From positions 1-60,608 of the forward strand of contig JANMKM010000409.1 of the NCBI GenBank assembly GCA_031372035.1: DNA of 60,608 nt, written 5' to 3'. Every line of letters begins with the position of its first letter. Position 1 is the stretch's first letter. Source of the DNA: Rhodoferax sp. (lineage in GTDB: Bacteria > Pseudomonadota > Gammaproteobacteria > Burkholderiales > Burkholderiaceae_C). The notes under the pieces are model-generated. The model saw only the letters and a list, made by a program, of their open reading frames with translations, did no database searches and was not told the origin of the DNA. Made by a program: the position numbers and the translations under genes. Positions 1 through 11,561 of this stretch are shown here, in pieces.

Positions 1-1
1 A

Positions 2-1798
<1,797 letters not shown>

Positions 1799-1835
1799 TG
1801 GCTTGTGGGCGCAAGCCCCGTTTCAGGAGCATTTC

Positions 1836-2345
1836 ATGGGCATGTTGAGCTTTTTCAAAGAGGCTGGTGAGAAGTTGTTCGGCCACAAGGAGACCGAGGC
1901 CGCAGCAGCACAAGCGCAAGCCGCGCCCAGCGATGCAGACCTGCAGGCCGCCTCCGCTTCGGCCAACCTGAAGGCCGGCGCAGCCATCGAGGCCTACATT
2001 GCCACCCAGTCCCTGGAAGCCGGTGGCTTGACAGTGGAGTTCGACGGCGCGTCAGCCACCGCCACTGTTTCCGGGGTGGCTGCAGACCAGGCCACCAAGG
2101 AGAAGATCTTGCTGTGCTGCGGCAACGTGCATGGCGTGGCCCAGGTGAACGACATGATGTCCGTGTCGGAACCCGCGGACGAGTCGCAGTTCCACACTGT
2201 TGTCCGGGGTGACACGCTGTCGGCTATTGCGAAGAAGTACTACAACAACGCCAACCAGTACATGAAGATCTTCGAGGCCAACAAGCCGATGCTGTCGAAC
2301 CCCGACAAGATCTATCCGGGGCAGTTGCTGCGCATCCCTGTTTGA
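1836..2345 (+). CDS. lysM: BON-LysM peptidoglycan/K+-binding protein (YgaU/Kbp family)
   Basis: MGMLSFFKEAGEKLFG start with GGAG RBS; BON domain; C-terminal LysM HTVVRGDTLSAIAKKYY...IYPGQLLRIP. Confidence 0.95.
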   Translation: MGMLSFFKEAGEKLFGHKETEAAAAQAQAAPSDADLQAASASANLKAGAAIEAYIATQSLEAGGLTVEFDGASATATVSGVAADQATKEKILLCCGNVHGVAQVNDMMSVSEPADESQFHTVVRGDTLSAIAKKYYNNANQYMKIFEANKPMLSNPDKIYPGQLLRIPV

Positions 2346-2560
2346 GTTTTGGCTGGCAGGTTCAAGCCAGCTGGCGGATGGGTATGCGGTCGTGCGCCTT
2401 CTGGCAAAGAGGCGCGCAAAAAATCTCGCAAATGCCCCCGTCCGTTGAGGCTGTCTTCATTGGGGAACAGCGGCGTTTTCAATCTCGCATTTGAACGCAC
2501 AATAGTTTCAGCAATTTGGGCATGCGCAACAGTTCGAACCAAGCCAGGCGATTCCTTGCC

Positions 2561-3634
2561 TCATTCCCCCTGCAGCATCTCCAGCAACCCCGCATTCACA
2601 AACATCTTCTCCCTTCCCAATCGGTGCTCCACCAGCAGGCCAACCGCGGCCAGCTGCTTCAGATACACGCTGGCCGTTTGGCGGTGCGCCAAATCGGCCT
2701 CCACCAGGTGGCCGATGCGGCTGCAGGGGTGGGTGAAGATCAGCTCGGCCAGCGACGGGCTATAAATCTGCGGTGCTTCGGCGCGCATGCGCTCGGCAGT
2801 GCTGCGCATCAGCGTGTGCAGGTCCGCGATGATGCGCGTGGTGCGACTTGCGCTGTCGCGCACGGCGCCGAGCATGGCCAGCACCCAAGGCTCCCAGGCG
2901 CGCTCACTGGTCACGGCCAGCAAGGCGCCGTTGTATGCCGCCTGGTTGCGTGGCAGATGGCGGCTGAAGTCGAGCAAGGGCAGATCCAACAACCCCTGCT
3001 CCACCAGGCTCAGCAGGCTGAGCAAGCGGCCGATGCGGCCGTTGGCTTCGGCAAAGGGCTGAATGGCGGCGAACTGGTAGTGGCCGATGGCCATACGCAC
3101 CAGCGGGTCCAGCGCCGCGCTGTCGCGCGAACCGCCGTGCATGAAGGCGTCCCAGTTGCCCAGCTTGGCGCGCAGCAGGGCAACTCCTTGCGGTGGGGTG
3201 TAGCCAGCGGTTGTGCCGTTGACGGCGCCGGTGCGCACGTCCACGTCTTCGCCCAGCAGCAGCCGGTAGATGCGAACCGGTGTGCTGCTGTTCAGGGGCC
3301 GGGCCTGGACCCATTTGAGCGCCTGCCACAGGGCCAGGCGGCACTGCAGGGCTTCGCTGGTGGCGGGGTCGGGGTCCATCTCCTTGGCGCCATCGCACAG
3401 AAACAGCTGCTCGGGCAGGACGCTGATGCCGTCCAGCGCGCAGCTGGCCCGGGCCTCCAGCAGCGGGATGGTGTTGAGCAACACGCGCTGTGGCACCCGC
3501 GCGGTGCTGGCCTTGAGTTCGGCCATGGCTGCGCGGGCCTCGATGCAGGCCTTGAGTACGGCACGGGTTTCAATGTCACCAGGCGGCGGCAGGTCGGGCA
3601 GGGTGTTGTGGGGTTTCAGCGGGTTGAAGGCCAT
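2561..3634 (-). CDS. Fic family protein (SoFic-like, C-terminal HTH) with degenerate active site
   Basis: N-terminal PHNTLPDLPP; Fic motif reads QPFAEANGRIGR; C-terminal RQTASVYLKQL HTH. Confidence 0.9.
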   Translation of the reverse strand: MAFNPLKPHNTLPDLPPPGDIETRAVLKACIEARAAMAELKASTARVPQRVLLNTIPLLEARASCALDGISVLPEQLFLCDGAKEMDPDPATSEALQCRLALWQALKWVQARPLNSSTPVRIYRLLLGEDVDVRTGAVNGTTAGYTPPQGVALLRAKLGNWDAFMHGGSRDSAALDPLVRMAIGHYQFAAIQPFAEANGRIGRLLSLLSLVEQGLLDLPLLDFSRHLPRNQAAYNGALLAVTSERAWEPWVLAMLGAVRDSASRTTRIIADLHTLMRSTAERMRAEAPQIYSPSLAELIFTHPCSRIGHLVEADLAHRQTASVYLKQLAAVGLLVEHRLGREKMFVNAGLLEMLQGE

Positions 3635-3699
3635 GGTTTGCTGTGGGGTTCGTTGAATACGGCGGCCGGGTTTGCAGCCGCACGCCGCATCTTGCTACA

Positions 3700-3732
3700 A
3701 CATGTCGAGAAAATCCACCGGGATCGACATGT
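3700..3732. promoter_or_regulatory. Inverted repeat, putative operator upstream of fic
   Basis: ACATGTCGA-N15-TCGACATGT, a perfect 9-bp inverted repeat ~65 bp upstream of the fic start. Confidence 0.55.
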
Positions 3733-3791
3733 ATGCCAGCCACCGCGGATTCAAGGCCCAGTACTCATATTTTTGGCTGCTTTTCGTTGGT

Positions 3792-3847
3792 AAAACAAGC
3801 CGAAAATCGCATGGACAAGGCACAGAGCGCTACTGAATAGATAGCAA
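3792..3847 (+). repeat. Degenerate ~55-bp dispersed intergenic repeat, copy A
   Basis: aaacaagccgaaaatcgcatggacaaggcacagagcgctactgaatagatagca aligns by eye with copies at 18031, 23706 and 27547. Confidence 0.6.
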
Positions 3848-3878
3848 TCCGGCTGCAGAACCGTGCCCGGACAACGAC

Positions 3879-3924
3879 CAAGGGGCCGGTGGAGCGACTA
3901 AACCGTCGCCTCAGCGGCCCCTTG
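3879..3924 (-). terminator. Stem-loop downstream of the pilin gene (terminator-like)
   Basis: CAAGGGGCCG...CGGCCCCTTG arms enclosing a GCGAC/GTCGC inner stem; U-tract is weak. Confidence 0.5.
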
Positions 3925-3945
3925 TTGTGCCGTGGCCGGGGTGTA

Positions 3946-4431
3946 TCAACCCTTGCAGGAGCCCGGCAGATACTTGGCCGGCATGTCGGTGCCGTCCGTG
4001 CCATTGCCGCAACGCCAGGCGGAAACGGCCTTGGTGCCGTCGTTCACAGTGACCAGCGCGCCGTTGATCAGCGGGGCCAGAGACACCTTCTTGCCATCGA
4101 TGGCGGTGTCGCCAAAGCCGGTGGCGGTGACCACGATCTGGCCGATACTGGTGGTGTTGACCACGGACACATACTTGCTGCCTGAGCCGGCCGTGACCTG
4201 CTCACAGCCCCAGCCGTTGGCTGCCACCGACAGCGCTGTGCTGGACGCCGTCTGGATGGCTTCGCTGATGGTGGTTCGGCAGGCCGAGGCCGCCAGAATC
4301 ACTTCCGACATCTTGGCCTTCTTGGTGTAGTCCGAATACGCCGGCAGCGCCACCGCCGCCAGGATGCCGATGATCGCTACCACGATCATCAATTCGATGA
4401 GGGTAAAGCCCTGTTGCATGGATCGTTTCAT
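3946..4431 (-). CDS. pilA: Type IVa major pilin
   Basis: [32 protein letters not shown] prepilin cleavage/methylation site; C-terminal WRC...PAKYLPGSC disulfide loop. Confidence 0.95.
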   Translation of the reverse strand: MKRSMQQGFTLIELMIVVAIIGILAAVALPAYSDYTKKAKMSEVILAASACRTTISEAIQTASSTALSVAANGWGCEQVTAGSGSKYVSVVNTTSIGQIVVTATGFGDTAIDGKKVSLAPLINGALVTVNDGTKAVSAWRCGNGTDGTDMPAKYLPGSCKG

Positions 4432-4610
4432 ATCAGTTCCTTTGTGGGTGTGCCGACCACGACGGCCGGTGTGCTGGGTAGCGCAAGTCGCGCAATCTAG
4501 AAGATAGCCTGAAATGCCTGTGAATATTTTACGTATTTTCAGTTTTATGCATTTTTGATGCATCCTACTGAGGTCCGTCCGCCCGAATGCGCTGCCACGC
4601 CAATGGAGCG

Positions 4611-4706
4611 GCCCTGCAGCCAGGCCTCCAGCGCAGCGGCCGGCGTCGGTTTGACGAGCAGGAAGCCCTGCAGCCCGTCACAGCGGGCTTGGCGCAGCAG
4701 CTTGCG
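4611..4706 (-). pseudogene. Remnant of an EAL-domain C-terminus
   Basis: [28 protein letters not shown] resembles the EAL terminal GCD-x-x-QG-(Y/F)-L-x-x-KP motif; no upstream part of the domain. Confidence 0.55.
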
Positions 4707-4776
4707 CCCTACCGGCAGGCGTTCGACGAAACGTGTGAACAATCCCAACAGGCATCCCATTTTTTGAAGATTGCTA

Positions 4777-4792
4777 CGCAATTGCTGTGCCA
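4777..4792 (-). promoter_or_regulatory. sigma-54 (RpoN) -24/-12 promoter pointing toward pilA
   Basis: Minus strand TGGCAC-AGCAA-TTGCG matches TGGCAC-N5-TTGC. Confidence 0.7.
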
Positions 4793-4907
4793 TTGCTGAG
4801 GGGATATGAACCGCAAAATCAAGCCGTTGAATGGAACTGATGGCTGGTTCGCGGGTGGACCCGGCGCTACACTGACTGCCCCCTACCGCGCTTGAAACGG
4901 ACGTGTC

Positions 4908-6008
4908 ATGAGCACCCATGCCCACACCCCCGCTGTTCCCTTGTCCACGCAGGATAGCACGCGTATCGACGACACCCGCATCGGTGCGGTGCGGCCACTG
5001 ATCACGCCGGCGCTGCTGCAGGAGTGGCTGCCGGTGCCGCCGGCCGCGCTGGCCCTGGTGGAGGACAGCCGCAGGGCGATAGCGCGGGTATTGCACGGCC
5101 AGGACGACCGGCTGGTGGTGGTGGTGGGCCCGTGCTCTATTCACGATCATGAACAGGCCATGGCCTACGCCCGGCATCTGAAGGTGCAGGCCGACGCCCT
5201 GGCTGAAGACCTGCTGGTGGTGATGCGGGTCTACTTCGAGAAGCCGCGGACCACCGTGGGCTGGAAGGGCTATATCAACGACCCGCACCTGGACGGCAGC
5301 TTTGCCATCAACGAAGGACTGGAGATGGCGCGCAGCCTGCTGCTGGACGTGCTGGAGGTGGGCCTGCCGGTAGGTACCGAGTTTCTGGACTTGCTCAGCC
5401 CGCAGTTCATTTCGGACCTGGTGAGCTGGGGTGCGATTGGCGCCCGCACCACCGAGAGCCAGAGCCATCGGCAGCTGGCATCCGGCTTGTCATGCCCGGT
5501 GGGCTTCAAGAACGGCACCGATGGTGGCGTGAAGGTGGCGTCGGACGCTATTCTTGCCGCCGGCGCAGCCCATGCCTTCATGGGCATGACCAAGATGGGT
5601 CAAGCGGCGGTATTCGAGACCCGCGGCAATGACGCTTGCCATGTCATCCTGCGCGGTGGCAAGCAGCCCAACTATTCGGCGACCGATGTGAACACCACCT
5701 GCGCTCTGCTGAAGGCTGCCGGTCTGCGTGAGCAGGTGATGATCGACGTGTCGCACGCCAATAGCAGCAAACAGCACCGCAAGCAGATCGAGGTGGCGCT
5801 GGACGTCGCCGCCCAGGTGACAGCGGGAGACAAGCGCATCACGGGCGTGATGATCGAAAGCCATCTGGAAGAGGGCCGCCAGGATATCGTGCCCGGCACG
5901 CCGCTGAAATACGGTGTGTCCGTGACGGATGCCTGCATCAGCCTGGCCCAGACCATTCCCGTGCTGCAGGCCCTTGCCGATGGAGTTCGGGCGCGGCGCA
6001 AGGGCTGA
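4908..6008 (+). CDS. aroG: Class I DAHP synthase (AroF/G/H family)
   Basis: GPCSIHD, RVYFEKPRTTVGWKG, IGARTTESQ, GFKNGT, DVSHANS motifs. Confidence 0.96.
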   Translation: MSTHAHTPAVPLSTQDSTRIDDTRIGAVRPLITPALLQEWLPVPPAALALVEDSRRAIARVLHGQDDRLVVVVGPCSIHDHEQAMAYARHLKVQADALAEDLLVVMRVYFEKPRTTVGWKGYINDPHLDGSFAINEGLEMARSLLLDVLEVGLPVGTEFLDLLSPQFISDLVSWGAIGARTTESQSHRQLASGLSCPVGFKNGTDGGVKVASDAILAAGAAHAFMGMTKMGQAAVFETRGNDACHVILRGGKQPNYSATDVNTTCALLKAAGLREQVMIDVSHANSSKQHRKQIEVALDVAAQVTAGDKRITGVMIESHLEEGRQDIVPGTPLKYGVSVTDACISLAQTIPVLQALADGVRARRKG

Positions 6009-6101
6009 GCGGGCAGCACGGCGGCGCCGCCGCAATGGCTGTCAGGGTCGGCCGGGCCGGTGCGGCCTTGCAGCGAGCTCTTGCTCCGTATAGTCCATCC
6101 C

Positions 6102-7058
6102 ATGAAGCTGTTCTACAGGTCCACGTTGCTGGTGCTCGCGGCCGCGGTGTTCTTCGCCGTCGCCGGCATCGTGGCCACCTGGGCGCCTGACAAGCCGGTA
6201 GAAGAACTCAAGCTGCGCTGGGCCCAGCCACCGTCGCAGTTCATTACCGTGGATGGCCTGCAGGTGCACCTGCGTGACGAAGGCCCGCGCGACGACCCGA
6301 TGCCGATCGTGCTGATCCACGGCACCTCGGCCAGCCTGCACACATGGGAGGGTTGGGCGGCGGCGTTGCGCGGCCAGCGCCGGGTGATCCGCATGGACCT
6401 GCCGGGCTTTGCCCTCACCGGGCCGAACGCCAGCGGCGACTACAGCATTGCGGCCTATGTGCGTTTCATGACGGCGCTGCTGGACCAGTTGGGCGTACAG
6501 CGCTGCGTACTGGCCGGCAATTCGCTGGGTGGAGAGATTGCCTGGACCACGGCGCTGACACTGCCGCAGCGGGTGCAGCGGCTGGTGCTGGTGGATGCGG
6601 GCGGTTATGCGCTGGACGCCGAGATGGCGCCGAGGTCAGTGCCGGTGGGCTTCTACATCGCGCGCACGCCGGGTGCCCGGATGCTGATGGAGTGGGTGCT
6701 GCCGCGTGGCCTGGTGGAACGCAGCGTGCGCAACGTGTATGGCGAGCCCGCGCGCGTCACGCCGGAGCTGGTGGACCTGTACGTGGACATGACGCTGCGC
6801 GACGGCAATCGGCACGCGTTGGCGCAGCGCATGGACCAGCGCTTTGGCGCGGACGCCGCGCGCATCCGCCAGCTGCAGCTGCCGACACTGATCCTGTGGG
6901 GCGGACGGGACCGGCTGCTGGTACCCGAAATGGGTCAGCGCTTTGCCCGTGACATCCGCGGCGCACAGTTGGTGCTGTTCGATGACCTGGGCCATGTGCC
7001 GCATGAAGAGGACCCGGTGCGCACCGTGGCCGCGGTGCAGCGCTTCCTGGCTCCGTAG
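6102..7058 (+). CDS. Alpha/beta hydrolase with N-terminal membrane anchor
   Basis: HG oxyanion motif, GNSLGG nucleophile elbow, WGGRD and GHVPHEE. Confidence 0.9.
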   Translation: MKLFYRSTLLVLAAAVFFAVAGIVATWAPDKPVEELKLRWAQPPSQFITVDGLQVHLRDEGPRDDPMPIVLIHGTSASLHTWEGWAAALRGQRRVIRMDLPGFALTGPNASGDYSIAAYVRFMTALLDQLGVQRCVLAGNSLGGEIAWTTALTLPQRVQRLVLVDAGGYALDAEMAPRSVPVGFYIARTPGARMLMEWVLPRGLVERSVRNVYGEPARVTPELVDLYVDMTLRDGNRHALAQRMDQRFGADAARIRQLQLPTLILWGGRDRLLVPEMGQRFARDIRGAQLVLFDDLGHVPHEEDPVRTVAAVQRFLAP

Positions 7059-7072
7059 GGAGCTGTCGCGCG

Positions 7073-7734
7073 CTACCCGACGGCCGCAGCCGGTGGCAAT
7101 ACCGTCGTGCTGGTAGCGCGCTGGCAGCACACCAGTGCCGTAGCCAGCAGCAGCAGACCTACTGCGCGCGGCATCCACAGCCGCACACTGCTGTGCTCTC
7201 CCACCCGCCGGCGCAGCTGCACCGCTGCCAGGGCGGCAGCGCCGTGTACCGCGATCTGGGTTGCTGCCGTGATGCTGCCCAACGCCACGGCCTGCGCCAG
7301 CATGGAGCGCTCCGGTGTGTGCAGGAAGCCCGGGAACACCGCCTGTATGAAAGCGTAGGCTTTGGGGTTGAGCAGGCAGGTCAGCACAGCGTAGCGGAAC
7401 ACGGCGCTGGAGTGCACCGGTGCGGCAGTGGTGGCGACTTCGGCGGCAGGGCGGGACCGGAGCAGCGCAATGCCCATCCATGCCACGTAAGCTGCGCCCA
7501 GCAGCAGCAGCATCCGTGCGGCTTGCGGAAACAGCGTCAGCAGTGCCAGGATGCCGGTACAGGTCACGACCAGATGCACCACACCGCCGCCACGATGCCG
7601 GCCACCGCGGCCACGCCACCGCGCGCGCCCGAGGCCACGGTGCTGGCGACCACATACGCCATGTCCATGCCGGGCAGCGCGATGATGCCGAACACCAGCA
7701 GGAAGTAGAGCCACAGGTCGGGGGAAGCGGTCAT
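7073..7734 (-). pseudogene. LysE/RhtB translocator, frameshifted
   Basis: N-terminus (FGIIALPGMDMAYV) is in one frame and the C-terminus (GAAYVAWMG, LLNPKAY) in another; one base missing near 7588-7591. Confidence 0.8.
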
Positions 7735-7749
7735 GGAAAGGGCCTCGGT

Positions 7750-8331
7750 TTGCATTGGCTGGACCTGGGCCGGCCATTTGCGCCCGGTGCAACTGCGGTG
7801 TTGATCGCGCTGAGTGCGGCGGCTCGCAGCCAGCAGCGGGTGCGCTTGAGCTACCGCAGCCAGGACAACAAAACAAGCGAACGCACGCTCGATGTCTATG
7901 GCCTGGCCTACCGCGGCGCATGGTATGCCGTGGGCTTCTGCCACTTGCGTCAGGATGTGCGTTCGTTCCGGCTGGACCGAATGGTGTCCGTGACGCCGTT
8001 GCCGCAGCCCTTTGGCCGGCCGGCCGGCTTTGACGCGCTGGACTTCCTGGTCCGCTCCATGGCCAGCCTGCCGCGGGCCCATGCCATTGAAGTGCTGCTG
8101 CACACCGACCTGGACAGCGCCCGCCAGGCGCTGCCGGGTGCCCTGGGCACCTTACATGCCGAGAGGTCGCACACACTGTTGTCGGTGCAGGCCGATGGTC
8201 TGGAGTGGTTTGCCCGGGAGCTGGCACGGTTGCCCTTTGGCTTTGCAGTGCGCCGCCCGCTGACGCTGCGCCAGGCGCTGGTACGCCACGCCCGGCAGCT
8301 GTTGCTAGCCAGGGGAGCGAGCCTTGTGTGA
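7750..8331 (+). pseudogene. YafY-like WYL/WCX regulator lacking the N-terminal HTH
   Basis: RVRLSYRS...WYAVGFCHLRQDVRSFRLDRM WYL motif; homology starts about 20 bp from the divergent lysE ATG, leaving no room for an HTH. Confidence 0.75.
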
Positions 8332-8528
8332 AAAACTGCCGCTTGCGCCGATGGCTTTGCAAGCAGTTGCAACCGCCCGTAATTACGGGTGCTCGACTCC
8401 TACATCCAGAAGCAAAAGCGTCTGATATCGCAAGCCCGGTTGGCGCGTTGCAATGACAGTTCCCGCAACCGCTTTGGTTGCGGTCTGGTAGTCAATGCGT
8501 CGGACCAGGACGCAACAAGGAGTGCATC

Positions 8529-9095
8529 ATGAGCAAGCTGATCAATTCCAGGGGTTCCATTGCCACAATTCTTGCCGTTGGCTTGTCGGTGGCTGGTGCG
8601 GTTCAGGCGCAGGGCCTGTTGCGCGGCAACCTCGGCGCCACGACCTCCGGCGCTTCGATGATCAGTGGCCAGGGCGCCTTGACGCCGCGGCCGGTCATCA
8701 GCGGCGTGTTGTCGGGCGCCGTCTCCGGCAGTGCGAACGGCGCCACAACAGCCAATGGCAGTGTCGGTCCTGTTGGCGTCGTCAATGGCGGCGTCTTTGG
8801 CAATGCAACGGGCGGTGTTTCCGGTAGTGGGGCCAGTACAGCGGCGGGCAGCCTGGCTGGTGGCGCTGCAGGCATGGCTGCCATCGGGTCTGCGGGGTCG
8901 ACCAACGGCACCGCCGATGCTCGCATCGACGCAGATGCCGACGCCAGCGTCGACGCCTCCAGCGTGACAGGTCCCGCCAAACGCGTGGCCACCCGTACCG
9001 CGCGGATCGCGCGGGGTGCGGTTTCAGATACCTACCAGGCCGCCGGCAATTCGGCCGTGCAAATGGATTTGCAGGCCGACGTGCGCGGCAATTAA
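8529..9095 (+). CDS. Secreted Gly/Ala/Ser-rich hypothetical protein
   Basis: AAGGAG RBS, signal peptide ending AVQA, low-complexity body. Confidence 0.7.
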   Translation: MSKLINSRGSIATILAVGLSVAGAVQAQGLLRGNLGATTSGASMISGQGALTPRPVISGVLSGAVSGSANGATTANGSVGPVGVVNGGVFGNATGGVSGSGASTAAGSLAGGAAGMAAIGSAGSTNGTADARIDADADASVDASSVTGPAKRVATRTARIARGAVSDTYQAAGNSAVQMDLQADVRGN

Positions 9096-9206
9096 GCCTT
9101 GCCGGGTGTGGCATCGGCATTGAATTCCGAACCAACTGCGCCATATGCGGTGTGACGGATATCCGGGGTGCGCGTGCCCCGGCTCCCGTGACAACCCGGG
9201 CTTCTC

Positions 9207-10382
9207 ATGGCCATACTGCCGCTGTTCTCCATCTCCCTGTTATTCCATGCCTGGGTTGGCTGGCGCGTAGCACCCGAGCTGGCGGCGATCCCGGGCCTGG
9301 ACTGGGCTGGCAGCGCGTTCTGGTTGCTAATGGCAATGTTGGCCGCCCTGATGCCTCTGGGTTTCGTGGCCCGGCGACGCAACTTCGGGCGCATGGCGGT
9401 TGCGCTGACCTGGGCCGGGTTGTTGGCCCTGGGCCTGTTCTCGTCTCTGTTCGTGCTGACCGTGTTGCGCGATGCTTTTCTGGTGTCGGCTTGGCTGCCG
9501 GCTGCGTTGTGGCCGGAGTTGATGGACCTGGACGCGCTGCAACAGTACAGCGCCGCCGCTGTGCCGGTGCTGGGTCTGTTGGCCAGCGTCTGGGGCTTCT
9601 GGAATGCCCGGCGAACGGCGCGTGTGATCCGGGTGGACGTGCCGATCGCCAACCTGCCGCTAGCGTTGCATGGCTTTACCGTGGCCCAGATTTCCGATGT
9701 GCATGTGGGGCCGACGATCAAGGGCGGCTACCTGCAGCGCATTGTGGACCGGGTCAACACCCTGGGCGTGGACATGGTGGCGATCACTGGTGATCTGGTG
9801 GATGGCCGGGTGCCGGAGCTGGCCAGCCACGTGGCACCACTTTCGGCCCTGGTGTCACGCCACGGCACCTTCTTTGTCACCGGCAACCACGAGTACTACT
9901 CCGGTGCCCACGCCTGGATCACGGAACTGCGGCGCCTGGGCGTGCAGGTGCTGCTGAACCAGCATGTGGTGCTGCAGCATGGTGCTGCGGCCCAGGCCGG
10001 CCAGGCGGATGCCCAGCTGCTGGTGGCCGGTGTGGCCGATTTCAGCGCGCACCACTTTGACGAGGCCCACCGCAGTGACCCGCAGGCCGCTCTGCTGGGA
10101 GCCCCGGCGGCGGTGCAGACGCGCCTGCTGCTGGCACACCAGCCGCGCAGTGCCGAGGCGGCACAGAGGGCTGGCTTTGACCTGCAGCTCTCAGGCCATA
10201 CCCACGGTGGACAGTTCTGGCCCTGGAACCACTTTGTGCGTTTTCAGCAGCCGTTCACTGCCGGCCTGAGCCGGCTGCAGCAGCTTTGGGTCTACACCAA
10301 CCGCGGCACCGGCTACTGGGGCCCACCCAAACGCTTTTGCGTGCCCTCGGAGATCACCCATCTGCGGCTGGTGCCGGCCTGA
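9207..10382 (+). CDS. Membrane-anchored metallophosphoesterase (YkuE-like)
   Basis: N-terminal TM helices; DVH, GDLVD, GNHE, GHTHGGQ motifs. Confidence 0.93.
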   Translation: MAILPLFSISLLFHAWVGWRVAPELAAIPGLDWAGSAFWLLMAMLAALMPLGFVARRRNFGRMAVALTWAGLLALGLFSSLFVLTVLRDAFLVSAWLPAALWPELMDLDALQQYSAAAVPVLGLLASVWGFWNARRTARVIRVDVPIANLPLALHGFTVAQISDVHVGPTIKGGYLQRIVDRVNTLGVDMVAITGDLVDGRVPELASHVAPLSALVSRHGTFFVTGNHEYYSGAHAWITELRRLGVQVLLNQHVVLQHGAAAQAGQADAQLLVAGVADFSAHHFDEAHRSDPQAALLGAPAAVQTRLLLAHQPRSAEAAQRAGFDLQLSGHTHGGQFWPWNHFVRFQQPFTAGLSRLQQLWVYTNRGTGYWGPPKRFCVPSEITHLRLVPA

Positions 10383-10465
10383 CAGGCTGGTGGTCCCCTT
10401 GCCGCCAGTGGCGCGCCCGACCTGCGCCCTGCAGGCCATGAGCCAAGGCATTGCACAATGCCGCC

Positions 10466-11377
10466 ATGAACAAGTCCATTCGTCATTGGCTGCTGCTGGT
10501 GGGCGCTGGTTGTATCGGCGCCAGTGCACTGGCCGAAGGCTTGTGCCCGCCACCGCAGTGGCCGGTCGCCGCCCTGGAACAGTTGCAGCGCGCCCATTTC
10601 AAGCTGGACGACGAGGCGGCGCGCCAGGCCTTGGCCCGGGCCCTGTTGCCCTGCCTGGCTGACCCGGACCCGCCTCTGCGCGACGGCCTGGCGTACGAAA
10701 CCTTGCGCACCTGGATGCGCGGCAAGCAGTTGTCGCAAGCGAGCGTACGTGAGGTTCTGGCGCAGTTGCAACCCAGGCTCGCACCAGAGGCCAGCGATTC
10801 CCAAGGTTTTGCCGCGCCCTTTGCGGCTTTGACCCTGGCCGAGGTGGCGCGGGCCGATCGCCTTCAGCCATTCCTGCAGGAAGCAGAGCGCGCTGCGCTG
10901 GTGTCGGCAGCGACGCTGTACCTGCGCAACGTCCGGGACTACCGCGGGTTCGTGGCAGGTGAGGGTTGGCGCCACGGCGTGGCCCACGGTGCCGACCTGT
11001 TGCTGCAGCTGGCGCTGAACCCGGCCTTGGGTGCGGCACAGCTGGAGCAGATCGTGGCGGCAACGCTGGCGCAGGTGGTGGCAGCCAATGGCCACGCCTA
11101 TATCCATGGCGAGAGCGAGCGCCTGGTACGGCCGGTGCTGTTTGCGGCGCGCCGCGGCCCGCTGGCCCAGGGCCTGTGGGACGGCTGGCTGCGCCAGTTG
11201 GCAAACCCGGCACCGCTGGCCAGCTGGGACCAGGCTTTCAGCTCCAGCGCCGGTCTGGCCCGGGTGCACAATACCCAGGGGTTTCTGCTGGCCCTGTATT
11301 TCCAGGTGCAGAACGATCCGAAGCTGCAGCCGCTGCTGGGGCCTGGGGTGCTTCAGGCGCTCAAGGACCTGCCCTGA
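10466..11377 (+). CDS. Secreted helical protein, DUF2785-like
   Basis: Signal peptide; DPDPPLRDG, DYRGF..GEGWRHGVAHGADLL, HGESERL. Confidence 0.75.
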   Translation: MNKSIRHWLLLVGAGCIGASALAEGLCPPPQWPVAALEQLQRAHFKLDDEAARQALARALLPCLADPDPPLRDGLAYETLRTWMRGKQLSQASVREVLAQLQPRLAPEASDSQGFAAPFAALTLAEVARADRLQPFLQEAERAALVSAATLYLRNVRDYRGFVAGEGWRHGVAHGADLLLQLALNPALGAAQLEQIVAATLAQVVAANGHAYIHGESERLVRPVLFAARRGPLAQGLWDGWLRQLANPAPLASWDQAFSSSAGLARVHNTQGFLLALYFQVQNDPKLQPLLGPGVLQALKDLP

Positions 11378-11561
11378 GCCAGCCGTTGCCATGTCCGCTG
11401 GGTGACCGGCCAGAACGGTGTTTGCCAAACCCCGGTCAAACCCGTGGGTGCGCTGCCGTCCAATGCCAGTACGATGGGGGGTCGTGCTGCGGGCGATGGG
11501 CATGACACCGTTCGGATGACAGCAATGGGGACTGGCATCGCAAAGCGGATCTGGAGATGTC

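Noticed and set aside
2345-2560. Possible ncRNA or terminator between lysM and fic
   Set aside because: Short hairpins without a correctly placed U-tract, and no recognisable RNA family
7750-8331. WYL protein as a marker of a phage-defence island
   Set aside because: YafY-type fragment next to lysE, with no defence genes adjacent
9109-9123. Second sigma-54 site TGGCAT-N5-TTGA
   Set aside because: Lacks the invariant -12 GC
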